A stretch of 64,000 bases of DNA from an uncultured bacterium (GTDB lineage Bacteria; Macinerneyibacteriota; Macinerneyibacteria; Macinerneyibacteriales; DSCS01): the NCBI GenBank assembly GCA_964548195.1, contig CAZJQC010000007.1, positions 3,219-67,218 of the forward strand, given 5' to 3'. Position numbers and translations under genes: made by a program. Of this stretch, positions 46,928-57,120 are shown in pieces (position 1 is the stretch's first letter; every line of letters starts with the position of its first letter). Below the pieces are notes generated by a model. It searched no databases. It was not told the origin of the DNA and saw only the letters and a program-made list of their open reading frames with translations.

Positions 46928-48055
46928 TCATAGGCTTGGATTGAGGAATATTTCCATGAACAGGTCCACCCCGAACATCCTTAACACAACGGCGACTATA
47001 AAGACCGCAAGCAGCACGCCCTTCAATACATCCTGCGCTTTCAGAGTCCCCAAAAGCAGCGGTTCCCTGCTCATGTAGGCTGAAGCCGCGTAAAGCTCTT
47101 CGCCTATGAGAGTATAATCGCAGGCCGCGATAAAAAACGGTATCTGCGAAGAGGCATCGGTCCCCGCGATCTGTACGGCCCCTATGGTGTTGGCCGTCTC
47201 GGCCAGGATCAGAGACTCGGCATAGAACATGCCCAGCAAAAAGACCGTGGCGGGTTTTTCCCTCACCATGGCGCCGCTCACGGCTCCGGTGTATGCGAAC
47301 TGTCCCAAAGCCGCAAGATAGGCTATGCCGTCGTCATACAGGTCGGGCCTTCCCGCAGACATATAGGCCTCCTTGACCACGTCCTGAGCGACCGTTACCA
47401 CGATGGGATCCCGGACCGGGACGGAAAAGGGAGTCTCATACTTGGCCACCTGCTTTGATACATGGCGCAGTATGTTAAGGGATGCCAATGTGGCCACGTC
47501 CGACATGGTGGAGGTGCCGGGTATGTAAAACACCGGTTTTCCCATCTCCGTCGCGCGCCCCAGCGCGTCGTCTATGGCCTCCAGCCCCGGTATTTTCCTG
47601 ATAAAAATAGGCATGCCGCGCTTGGCGCGGCGCACATACAGTATGATGAGCCCTATGAAGACCAGGGCCAGTATAAACGGTTTGATCATTTCAGTGTCTA
47701 TGAACTCTCCCCTGCTCACGATGGACAGCTCGCGCAGCAACACCCGCTCCCCCTCACCGGTCACGGCGTAGAGAGACGCGTCGACGACGCTGCCGGCTCC
47801 CGGTGTGATCACCGGGATACGGACAAGGGTGCCGCTGTTGACTATCTTTTTTTCTTCGACGAACTCGCCGTCGACACTGATGCTGATCAGGAAGACAGCC
47901 GCGGAATCGGTATCCGCATGCGGTATAAGTTCAATATTGACCTTCTTGCCCGGGTCGTTCGGTTCGTCGACCAACCGGAACTCCGCTGTTTCCTGAGCGC
48001 CCGCGGACAATGCCGCGCCGATCAACAGCCATATCAACAATATTGTCTTTTTCAT
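46928..48055 (-). CDS. Cassette copy 1, gene D: DUF6754-like protein
   Basis: IRKIPGLEAIDDALGRATEMGKP, QIPFFIAACDYTLIGEELYAASAYMS. Confidence 0.8.
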   Translation of the reverse strand: MKKTILLIWLLIGAALSAGAQETAEFRLVDEPNDPGKKVNIELIPHADTDSAAVFLISISVDGEFVEEKKIVNSGTLVRIPVITPGAGSVVDASLYAVTGEGERVLLRELSIVSRGEFIDTEMIKPFILALVFIGLIILYVRRAKRGMPIFIRKIPGLEAIDDALGRATEMGKPVFYIPGTSTMSDVATLASLNILRHVSKQVAKYETPFSVPVRDPIVVTVAQDVVKEAYMSAGRPDLYDDGIAYLAALGQFAYTGAVSGAMVREKPATVFLLGMFYAESLILAETANTIGAVQIAGTDASSQIPFFIAACDYTLIGEELYAASAYMSREPLLLGTLKAQDVLKGVLLAVFIVAVVLRMFGVDLFMEIFLNPSL

Positions 48056-48068
48056 AAACTCACCGGTC

Positions 48069-48785
48069 CTATCCGCCCACTGTACTTTTAAATATGGGCC
48101 ACCATTCCTGAAATATGAAGTTCATCCTTCCCACAAAAAGACTGATACGGCCCATGAAAGTGTAACCGAACGAGGCGCCGAAGGCTATCATCAGAAAAAG
48201 CAGCGCCGGATTTCTGGAATATTTCACGACCTTGTTGTCATTTTTAAGGGAAAAGAAAAAATAGACGATCACGGTAAAGACCCCGATCACAAGCAGGGGC
48301 CCCATCAGGGCGTCATAAAAAAATGTCTTGAACGAGGGGTTTTTCAGAAAGACGCCGATATTCCTGATGTTCAGCAGCGGCTGCCCCTTGGGGTCGACCA
48401 CAGTGCCGTACAACTGGAGGAATATACGTGTTTTCAGGCTGGGTATGATCGAATATCCGGTGCCGAATCCCACGGTGATGCATATCGGATAACGGCTGAG
48501 CCAGGCATGCCTCCCGGAAAACCTGGAAAAATAAAGTATGCCTATCATTATACCCAGTAAAAGCCATACGGCGAGAAGATAATTTCCCGCGCCCAGCGCC
48601 CGTCTCATGGGATTCCAGACACGGGGAAGAAACAAAGTCGTATAACTGACATATATGGAATAGCCGACGGACACACCTACAAAAAGGTGTTCTGCAAACT
48701 TATAGACCGCATTGTCGCGGAACAGAAATGAAAATATCGCCAGGGTAAGCAGCAAGGCGACTGTCATCCAGATAAAAAGACCCAT
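48069..48785 (-). CDS. Cassette copy 1, gene C: polytopic membrane protein
   Basis: FSFLFRDNAVYKFAEHLF, FGASFGYTFMGRISLF. Confidence 0.85.
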   Translation of the reverse strand: MGLFIWMTVALLLTLAIFSFLFRDNAVYKFAEHLFVGVSVGYSIYVSYTTLFLPRVWNPMRRALGAGNYLLAVWLLLGIMIGILYFSRFSGRHAWLSRYPICITVGFGTGYSIIPSLKTRIFLQLYGTVVDPKGQPLLNIRNIGVFLKNPSFKTFFYDALMGPLLVIGVFTVIVYFFFSLKNDNKVVKYSRNPALLFLMIAFGASFGYTFMGRISLFVGRMNFIFQEWWPIFKSTVGG

Positions 48786-48793
48786 GACTCCTC

Positions 48794-49795
48794 CTATTTC
48801 TTCTTTGATTCCCTGAGTTTGGCAAAATAAGCGACATTGCCTATGATGATCAGTATTATCACGTAAAAATGGGCGGTGGCCTGCGGCGCCATCCCCTTTC
48901 TTGCCATGCTGCGCCTGGCTATGCTCAGGCGTATCTCCTCGTTTGAAAAGGATGGCGTATAATAGCGTGATTCATACCGGCCCGTGTCCCTGCCGTCATA
49001 TAATGCCCTTAGGTAACCTTCAACGTCGTTTCCGGACAACTCGGTCTCAAGACGTTCCACCATCTGCTCATATTCTGCGGCTCCCTTGAGCCCGCCCATC
49101 AGGCCTATCATCTGATTGGTCTGAAGAAAAGGATAATACTTGGCGGCGGAGACGGCGGTCGAGCCGACCGCGACCTTTTTTCCGTACAATCCGTTGGCAT
49201 AAGTGACCCAGGATTCGGGATAGGAGGTCCCTGATATCGAATATACGAGCCCTATGGAATTGAAGTTATAGTATTTTTGAAGTATCGGCAGTTCGGCGGT
49301 GTCGTTTCCAGCCTTGTCATTGGCGAAAAAGGTCTTCACATCCGTTGCAAGCGCTATGACCGCCTGCACAAAGGGGTATCCGTAACCGAGGAACACATAA
49401 TCCTCGCCGTACACGGCAGCGTAGTCCTTGGCGATATAATGCATGTCTGTGTCGCCGAGGTCTATCCCTGTTGTGAGCCCGGACCATCCCAGCACGGGAA
49501 TATCGCGCAGAAAGGCATGCCTCAATATCGCGAAGGCCATCGGGTCCAGTTCCGCCATCGTCGCGGGATCAAAGTCAAATGCGATGAATATGGCTTTTTT
49601 GTCACCCGGGTTTTCGGTGTTGTGACGGTAAATAGCCTCCATCTCATCGTATATGTTTTTCACTTCGTCTGTGACATAAGTGCTTATATGCATATTAAGA
49701 AGCAGTGGGAGTACCACCACAAGCAGCATGCCGAAATATAATACGCTTTTCGGTATGGCCAGCAGCCTGTCAAACCATTTTTTGCCCGCCATCAT
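48794..49795 (-). CDS. Cassette copy 1, gene B
   Basis: ELDPMAFAILRHAF, YPFLQTNQMIGLMGGLKGAAEYE. Confidence 0.85.
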   Translation of the reverse strand: MMAGKKWFDRLLAIPKSVLYFGMLLVVVLPLLLNMHISTYVTDEVKNIYDEMEAIYRHNTENPGDKKAIFIAFDFDPATMAELDPMAFAILRHAFLRDIPVLGWSGLTTGIDLGDTDMHYIAKDYAAVYGEDYVFLGYGYPFVQAVIALATDVKTFFANDKAGNDTAELPILQKYYNFNSIGLVYSISGTSYPESWVTYANGLYGKKVAVGSTAVSAAKYYPFLQTNQMIGLMGGLKGAAEYEQMVERLETELSGNDVEGYLRALYDGRDTGRYESRYYTPSFSNEEIRLSIARRSMARKGMAPQATAHFYVIILIIIGNVAYFAKLRESKKK

Positions 49796-50418
49796 TCACC
49801 ACCTCCCAGATATGAGCGCTCTATGCCGAGCATTATCTTTATGGACGTGGCCACCATGCCGAGCCCCACGCCAAACATTATGCCTCTCATAGCCGCGGTA
49901 TTGGGGACAAGCATAAGCCAGTTTGTGACCTTTCCGAATATCATCAGCGGCCCGAAAGCGACGCGCCCCACCATGACGATAAAACCGGCGACCAGCATGG
50001 TCCCCGCCAGCCATGTACGGGCCCGAAAGGCCCTGTATGCCGCGGATGTGATATAGAAAGCCAGAAGAGCGAACATCGTGGCGTTAAGAGGCACAAGCAC
50101 AAAGTTGTAAATGTTCCTGCCCAACAGCTGCCACATCGAACCGGGATTGTAAAAACCGACGATGGAGACCGAGGTCATGACGATCAACGCTATGAAAGTG
50201 ACATAACTGTAGAACATATCCTTGTGTTTCCGGCGGATCTTCATCGCATGATGCCTGGTCAGACTGGCAAGTCCGATGATGACGGCGAAGGAGGCGATGG
50301 AAGCGATCCAACTGTTTACCGGATCGATGAACCTGTCCTTCAGCATCGGAGACAACTGCAGTATTATTCCGACGGACGCGAAAATAAATGTGATTATTAT
50401 CGGTATCTGCCTTTTCAT
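49792..50418 (-). CDS. Cassette copy 1, gene A
   Basis: LLAFYITSAAYRAFRARTWLA, GIERSYLGGGE; start MKRQIP at 50418 with SD AAAGGAG. Confidence 0.85.
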   Translation of the reverse strand: MKRQIPIIITFIFASVGIILQLSPMLKDRFIDPVNSWIASIASFAVIIGLASLTRHHAMKIRRKHKDMFYSYVTFIALIVMTSVSIVGFYNPGSMWQLLGRNIYNFVLVPLNATMFALLAFYITSAAYRAFRARTWLAGTMLVAGFIVMVGRVAFGPLMIFGKVTNWLMLVPNTAAMRGIMFGVGLGMVATSIKIMLGIERSYLGGGE

Positions 50419-50445
50419 AAATCTCCTTTCGGGTATCCTATTGTC

Positions 50446-50473
50446 AGCATAACAAAATGAGCCGCTTTTACAA
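50446..50473 (-). promoter_or_regulatory. Predicted promoter of cassette copy 1
   Basis: TTGTAA-N16-TATGCT with extended TG. Confidence 0.55.
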
Positions 50474-50536
50474 GGAAAAATTGAAAGAAAGCCTTGATAT
50501 GGTCGACGTTTTTCGAAGAGCACCGTTTCAGGAAGC

Positions 50537-50570
50537 GCCCGGAAAGCCGTCATATGAAGGCTTTCCGGGC
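50537..50570. terminator. 12-bp perfect hairpin downstream of pmbA
   Basis: GCCCGGAAAGCC-N10-GGCTTTCCGGGC; no clear U-tract. Confidence 0.6.
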
Positions 50571-50583
50571 AATACCCTGTATG

Positions 50584-51882
50584 TCAGAACAATGTCTTGC
50601 TGCTCAGGTAGAAATCCCGTACCAGCAGTGACGGGGCGTAGACGGAATACCACTTGTTCAAAGAGCCCGTCCCTTTTCCCAGCCCCCCAAGGTCATGGAG
50701 CATGCGCAGGGGCGAATCGTTCCAGCGGAAGTGGTTCGCGCCGCTTACCACCTTCCCGTCCTCCACATAGAAGAATCCGTTCCTTGTCATGCCTGTAAGG
50801 GTGAAATCCTCCATGCGCACCATGCGTATATACCAGAAATCCTTGATATAAAAGCCCCTTTTCACCTTTTTCAGCAGCTCTTCATCGGATTCATCCCCGT
50901 CGCTTATGATGACATTCCTGGCCGACCAGGGCTCATAGCCCTTTTTGTCGGCCCAGTATCTTCCGCAGGGCATGTCCTTAAGGACGCCCTCGCTGAATAT
51001 GTCCCTATTAGGTATGACAAGCCCCTCACCGTCAAACGGGACTGACGGCGCGGCCGCAAAAGAGGGGTCCGTGCCTATGCTTATCTTACTGTTCAGCAGT
51101 TGCTTCCCCATTTTTCCGGAATAGGGTGAATATCCCTCATCCACCGCCCGCCTGTCCGCCCCGAAAAATCCGAGCCAGACAAAAAGTTTGGTGGCGGCCT
51201 GAGCGGATATGACCACGTCATAACGTCCGGGTTCAAATTCACGCCTGTTCTGAAGCATCACGGCATCGCCATGCGCCCTGTTGAAATCACCTTCCGGGTC
51301 CACGGCCGCAAAACCAGTGCCGTTTGAAAATGAACTGCCCTTTTCTCCGTTGAGGTCCACGGTGTTGGAGTAACCCGCCCCCGTTGCCCTGTAACACCTG
51401 TACAGTCCGTTTTTGGTATAGACGCCTGTGGTACCGACAGACCCGTACACTGTGCCGAAGACCTTGACGCCCTCGCGCGAAGCCCTTGCTATGGCATCGG
51501 CGGCGATGGCAGCCCTGTAGTCAGGAGTCATGCCGGTCACGGAAGCGTCCTCGTTGTCGGCCGCTTTTACACCGTCCGGAGCGAGCGAGGGCATGTATTC
51601 CCTGTCAACGACCGATATGGCGGCAGCGGATTCACAGCGCTCTATCAAAGAGACAATACTCTCTTCGGAAAGATCGGCCGTGGAGACAGTGGCCTTTTTG
51701 CCGCCCACATACGCCGTCAATGAGATCCTGTCCTTTAGTGTATCCACATTCTGTGTGATCTTGTTGTCGGCAAACCGTGTCAGGGCCTCGTTATCACTGC
51801 GGTATTCGACCACGTAATCATCAGCCTTGCATCTGTTTTTAATCAAATCGGCTATTTTTTCAAACCGTCTGTCATCAGCCAT
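50584..51882 (-). CDS. TldE/PmbA family protein
   Basis: TRFADNKITQN, EPGRYDVV, PFDGEG, TGMTRNG, NHFRWN; no HExxxH. Confidence 0.9.
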   Translation of the reverse strand: MADDRRFEKIADLIKNRCKADDYVVEYRSDNEALTRFADNKITQNVDTLKDRISLTAYVGGKKATVSTADLSEESIVSLIERCESAAAISVVDREYMPSLAPDGVKAADNEDASVTGMTPDYRAAIAADAIARASREGVKVFGTVYGSVGTTGVYTKNGLYRCYRATGAGYSNTVDLNGEKGSSFSNGTGFAAVDPEGDFNRAHGDAVMLQNRREFEPGRYDVVISAQAATKLFVWLGFFGADRRAVDEGYSPYSGKMGKQLLNSKISIGTDPSFAAAPSVPFDGEGLVIPNRDIFSEGVLKDMPCGRYWADKKGYEPWSARNVIISDGDESDEELLKKVKRGFYIKDFWYIRMVRMEDFTLTGMTRNGFFYVEDGKVVSGANHFRWNDSPLRMLHDLGGLGKGTGSLNKWYSVYAPSLLVRDFYLSSKTLF

Positions 51883-53320
51883 TCAAAGCACCTCCCACAT
51901 CAATGTTCCTGAACCGCGCCGGAGCCGAGCCATGTGTCATCTGCTGTGTCTGGCTGGGTTCGCCCTTTCCGCAGTTTAAAACGCCGTACGGTTCCCAGAA
52001 ACGTTCGTCACAGACCGCATCGCAGGCATTCCAGAACTCGGGGGTGATCGCCTGATATATTACGTCCTTCAGCGGTCCGGTCACTTTTCCGTTTTTTATC
52101 TCATGGAACATGTCTCCGCCGAACTGAAAATTGTAACGCCGCTGATCGATGGAGAAACTGCCCATGCCGTCGATCAGTATGCCGTCTTCGGTATCCGCGA
52201 TCAGCTCATCAAGCGACAGGCTCTCTTTGCCGGCCATCAGGCTGAGGTTCGGTATGCGGTTTATCGGCTGGCTCGCGAAGGAATCCGCCCGGTTGCAGCC
52301 GCGGCTGGACTCATCCCCGATATAATGCGCTGTCTCCCTTGTGGTCCCGTAATTGACCAGTATGCCGTCCTGTATGATATGCCACCTTTCGCCGGGTATG
52401 CCGTCGTCATCCCATCCCCATGTTGCAAGTCCACCTTCAAGGGTGTTGTCGGCGACAAGGTTGACTATGGGGGAGCCGTAACGGAAAACCCCTCTTTTTT
52501 CCGGTGTCGCGAACGAAGTGCCCGCAAAATTAGCCTCCCAGCCAAGCACACGGTCAAGCTCGGTGGGATGGCCCACAGACTCGTGTATGGTAAGGGCCAG
52601 ATGCGACGGAAGAAGTATCAGGTCCTTTTTGCCGTGCGGCCCCTTTTTCGCCTTCAGTTTCATTACGGCTTCCTCGGCGATCTTTCCCGCCTTTTCCACA
52701 AGCGGCAGCGATTCTATCCACTCATAGCCCGTGGTCTTGGGATATTCGGCAAATGTCCTTGTCTGAAAATCGCCGTTTCCGACCGCGGTGGCGGTATACG
52801 ACGCCGAAGAGGTCAATATCTCGTTCTCAAGGTCCGCGCCTTCGGTGGACATCATGATCTGATGCATTTTTTTGAAACGCATCGCCCCTGTGACCTTTTT
52901 GATCTCCTTGAACCGCCTCATCTCTTCATAAACGGCAAAAAAAGTCTCCGCCTTTTCGCTCACCGGCACACTGAAAGGGTCCCTTGACGACTTCGTCCTG
53001 AAAACAGCGGTCCTGCCGCTGTTTGCCGTAAGCATGATGGGGTCCTGCACCGAGACAGAAGCGGCTTTTGCGATTGCCACGGCCTTGCGCACGGCCTGCG
53101 CCACCGATGCTCTGTCAAGCGACGGCGTCGCGGCGAATCCCCACCGTCCCCCGATAAGTACCCTTATGCCGATACCGCTCTCGCCGAAATCGTCAAAGTC
53201 CTTAAGCACATCGTTTTGAGTCATAACAGACTGATAATCCGTACGCCTGAATCTGACATCCCCGTAATCGGCTTTTTCTCCGCTTATCAGGTCCAGCGCA
53301 TAACGCACAATTTCCTTCAT
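51875..53320 (-). CDS. tldD: TldD family metalloprotease
   Basis: HESVGHPTELD zinc motif, WDDDG, RIPNL, CGKGEP.Q....HGS. Confidence 0.93.
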   Translation of the reverse strand: MKEIVRYALDLISGEKADYGDVRFRRTDYQSVMTQNDVLKDFDDFGESGIGIRVLIGGRWGFAATPSLDRASVAQAVRKAVAIAKAASVSVQDPIMLTANSGRTAVFRTKSSRDPFSVPVSEKAETFFAVYEEMRRFKEIKKVTGAMRFKKMHQIMMSTEGADLENEILTSSASYTATAVGNGDFQTRTFAEYPKTTGYEWIESLPLVEKAGKIAEEAVMKLKAKKGPHGKKDLILLPSHLALTIHESVGHPTELDRVLGWEANFAGTSFATPEKRGVFRYGSPIVNLVADNTLEGGLATWGWDDDGIPGERWHIIQDGILVNYGTTRETAHYIGDESSRGCNRADSFASQPINRIPNLSLMAGKESLSLDELIADTEDGILIDGMGSFSIDQRRYNFQFGGDMFHEIKNGKVTGPLKDVIYQAITPEFWNACDAVCDERFWEPYGVLNCGKGEPSQTQQMTHGSAPARFRNIDVGGALNG

Positions 53321-53448
53321 AGCATCACTCCTTTTATTTCGTTATACTAAATAATTGTAATGCGGCCCGGGGATAAATCAAGTAAAAAATAACGGGCGCG
53401 AAAAGCTGAGGGGGACGCCGTAATACGATCTATGCGCCGCCCTTTTCC

Positions 53449-54933
53449 TTACCGCGCCGCATTCATAAATTCCATCATCCTTGCGGGTATCTCAGTATTG
53501 TCATGGCATGTTGAAAATACCGCAGCGCCCGCGCCGGATGCAAACACCGGAACGGGGACCCCCGTGTGGGAATAGGTGGTCCAGGCTATGCCGGCTTTGT
53601 TGTCCGCAATACGGGTAATGGCCATCGTGAAGGGGTCGTAGCCCCCGTACATCACATAATCATGGCCGGCACCGCCGCCCTCGATGGAACGGGCATAGGC
53701 CTTGCGCAGCAGCTCCGCCTCGTGGCCGCTGATCGTTTTCCGAAGTCTTTTTTCAGCGTCGCGGTCTCCGCCCTCGGCCTTCTTTTTCAGGGACTCTTTC
53801 TCCCTGTCGGTACAGAGCAGAAGTCCGAAATATCCGGCAGATTCCCTCATGACGCGGTCAAAGTCATATTTCTTTTCTTTCATAGTGGAAAAAAGCGCGT
53901 AAAAACTCTGATATGACCCTTTACGCCCGTATATGTCGCTGTAATAGGTGTCGTAACCGGTCTCCGCGTATCCGACGCTCATGCCTCCGCATTCATGGTC
54001 GGCCGTCACCACTATAAGGGTGTCATCCGGATGTTCCTCCATAAACCTGACGGCCTCACCCACAGCCCGGTCAAAGGCTATCACTTCCAGTATAGCCCCG
54101 GCGGCGTCGTTCGCATGACAGGCCCAGTCGATCTTACCGCCTTCCACCATCATAAAAAATCCGTTTTCATCGTTGTCAAGCAGTTCTATCCCCTTTTGGG
54201 TAAACTCCGCAAGGGATATGTCCCCTTTTTTTCTGTCTATCTCATAGTGGAGAGCGGCGTTTCCATCCAGATGCGCGTCAAAAGTCATTACCCTCCCGGC
54301 ACCCGGCCGGAGGGACTCAAACGCATCACGGCCCTCGGCAAGGGTGAATCCCTTTTTAACGGCTGCCTCCATCAGGTCTGCGCGGCCTTTTCTGTATTTG
54401 TCCTTGTTTCCCTTCAGCCCCCCGCCGCCGAAATAATCAAAACCGCTTTCCGTAAGCTGCAGACCGATATCATAATAGTCGCCGCGGTCCGGTTCATGGG
54501 CGTAAAAACACGCCGGCGTCGCATGGTCCAGGGAGACACTTGAGACAATGCCGACTTTCATCCCGTTCTCCCTGGCGCAGGAAGCCAGAGACCGGTACTC
54601 ATGAGCGCCGGAAGGGTCCATGGAGACGACTCCCGATGCTGTCTTGCGGCCCGACGCAAGCGCGGTGCCCGCTGCGGCGGAATCCGTGATGAACGAATCC
54701 AGCGAATGGGTGTTGACAAAGCCCCTTGTCTCCATGCGCGTCATATAAAGCAGATCGCCGCCTTCATTTTTACCGTCCGCCGAAGCCGCATAGATCTCCG
54801 CGCAGCGCACCTGAGCCGGGCCCATCCCGTCGCCGATAAAAAGAAACACATATTTCGGTGAAGCCGACACACATGACGCGGCCAGAAATATCAGCCATAA
54901 AAGCATGCAGGTCTTTTTTACAAGATCTTTCAT
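53449..54933 (-). CDS. Alkaline phosphatase (PhoA family), secreted
   Basis: IGDGMG, TDSAAAGTA active Ser, VEGGKIDWACH, TADHE, HTG. Confidence 0.93.
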   Translation of the reverse strand: MKDLVKKTCMLLWLIFLAASCVSASPKYVFLFIGDGMGPAQVRCAEIYAASADGKNEGGDLLYMTRMETRGFVNTHSLDSFITDSAAAGTALASGRKTASGVVSMDPSGAHEYRSLASCARENGMKVGIVSSVSLDHATPACFYAHEPDRGDYYDIGLQLTESGFDYFGGGGLKGNKDKYRKGRADLMEAAVKKGFTLAEGRDAFESLRPGAGRVMTFDAHLDGNAALHYEIDRKKGDISLAEFTQKGIELLDNDENGFFMMVEGGKIDWACHANDAAGAILEVIAFDRAVGEAVRFMEEHPDDTLIVVTADHECGGMSVGYAETGYDTYYSDIYGRKGSYQSFYALFSTMKEKKYDFDRVMRESAGYFGLLLCTDREKESLKKKAEGGDRDAEKRLRKTISGHEAELLRKAYARSIEGGGAGHDYVMYGGYDPFTMAITRIADNKAGIAWTTYSHTGVPVPVFASGAGAAVFSTCHDNTEIPARMMEFMNAAR

Positions 54934-54952
54934 ATTATACCTCCCTCATAAC

Positions 54953-54980
54953 ATGATAGATCCTATTTCGTTTTTGTTAA
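54953..54980 (-). promoter_or_regulatory. Predicted promoter of the alkaline phosphatase gene
   Basis: TTAACA-N16-TATCAT. Confidence 0.5.
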
Positions 54981-55001
54981 CCATTTTTTCCGTTCAAAAG
55001 C

Positions 55002-55030
55002 AAAAAAAAAGGCGGCCGCAAAGGGCCGCC
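55002..55030 (-). terminator. Terminator after groEL
   Basis: GGCGGCC/GGCCGCC stem plus U9. Confidence 0.8.
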
Positions 55031-55057
55031 TCATATTCATATATGGCTGATGTCCTA

Positions 55058-56707
<1,650 letters not shown>

Positions 56708-56710
56708 TTA

Positions 56711-56983
56711 TTAATCAATACGGGCGAGCACGTCGCCTTTATTAAGAATCAGATAATCTTCGTTCAGGATCTTGATCTCGGTCCCCGCATACTTTGCGAA
56801 TATTACCTTGACCCCCTTCTTGATCCCCATCTTTTCAAAATCCTCGCATGTGCCGACCTCGACGATCTCTCCCTGCTGTGTCTTCTCCTTGGCAGTGTCG
56901 GGCAGATAAATGCCGCTCTGCGTCTTTTCCTCGGTAAGCTCGACCTTTACCAGTACTCTTTCTTCCAAAGGCATAACTTTCAT
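56711..56983 (-). CDS. groS: Co-chaperonin GroES
   Basis: PLEERVLV, TQSGIYLPDTAKEK, KYAGTEIK; short roof loop. Confidence 0.95.
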   Translation of the reverse strand: MKVMPLEERVLVKVELTEEKTQSGIYLPDTAKEKTQQGEIVEVGTCEDFEKMGIKKGVKVIFAKYAGTEIKILNEDYLILNKGDVLARID

Positions 56984-57019
56984 AATTGTATCTCCTTTCT
57001 TTAAAAAGATATTACCATA

Positions 57020-57046
57020 TTAGCACTCACCAAGAATGAGTGCTAA
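57020..57046. promoter_or_regulatory. CIRCE element upstream of groES
   Basis: Perfect TTAGCACTC-N9-GAGTGCTAA. Confidence 0.97.
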
Positions 57047-57084
57047 TATTTAATACCATATATTCCCGGAGAATGCAAGCTTTT

Positions 57085-57117
57085 TTTTAAAAAAAAAGAG
57101 GCCGCCCGAAGGCGGCC
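57085..57117 (-). terminator. Terminator after gcvT
   Basis: GGCCGCC-UUCG-GGCGGCC plus U-run. Confidence 0.8.
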
Positions 57118-57120
57118 CGG

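Noticed and set aside
56711-56983. Short GroES roof loop
   Set aside because: This variant occurs in several bacterial lineages. It is useful for taxonomy but is not a new system.
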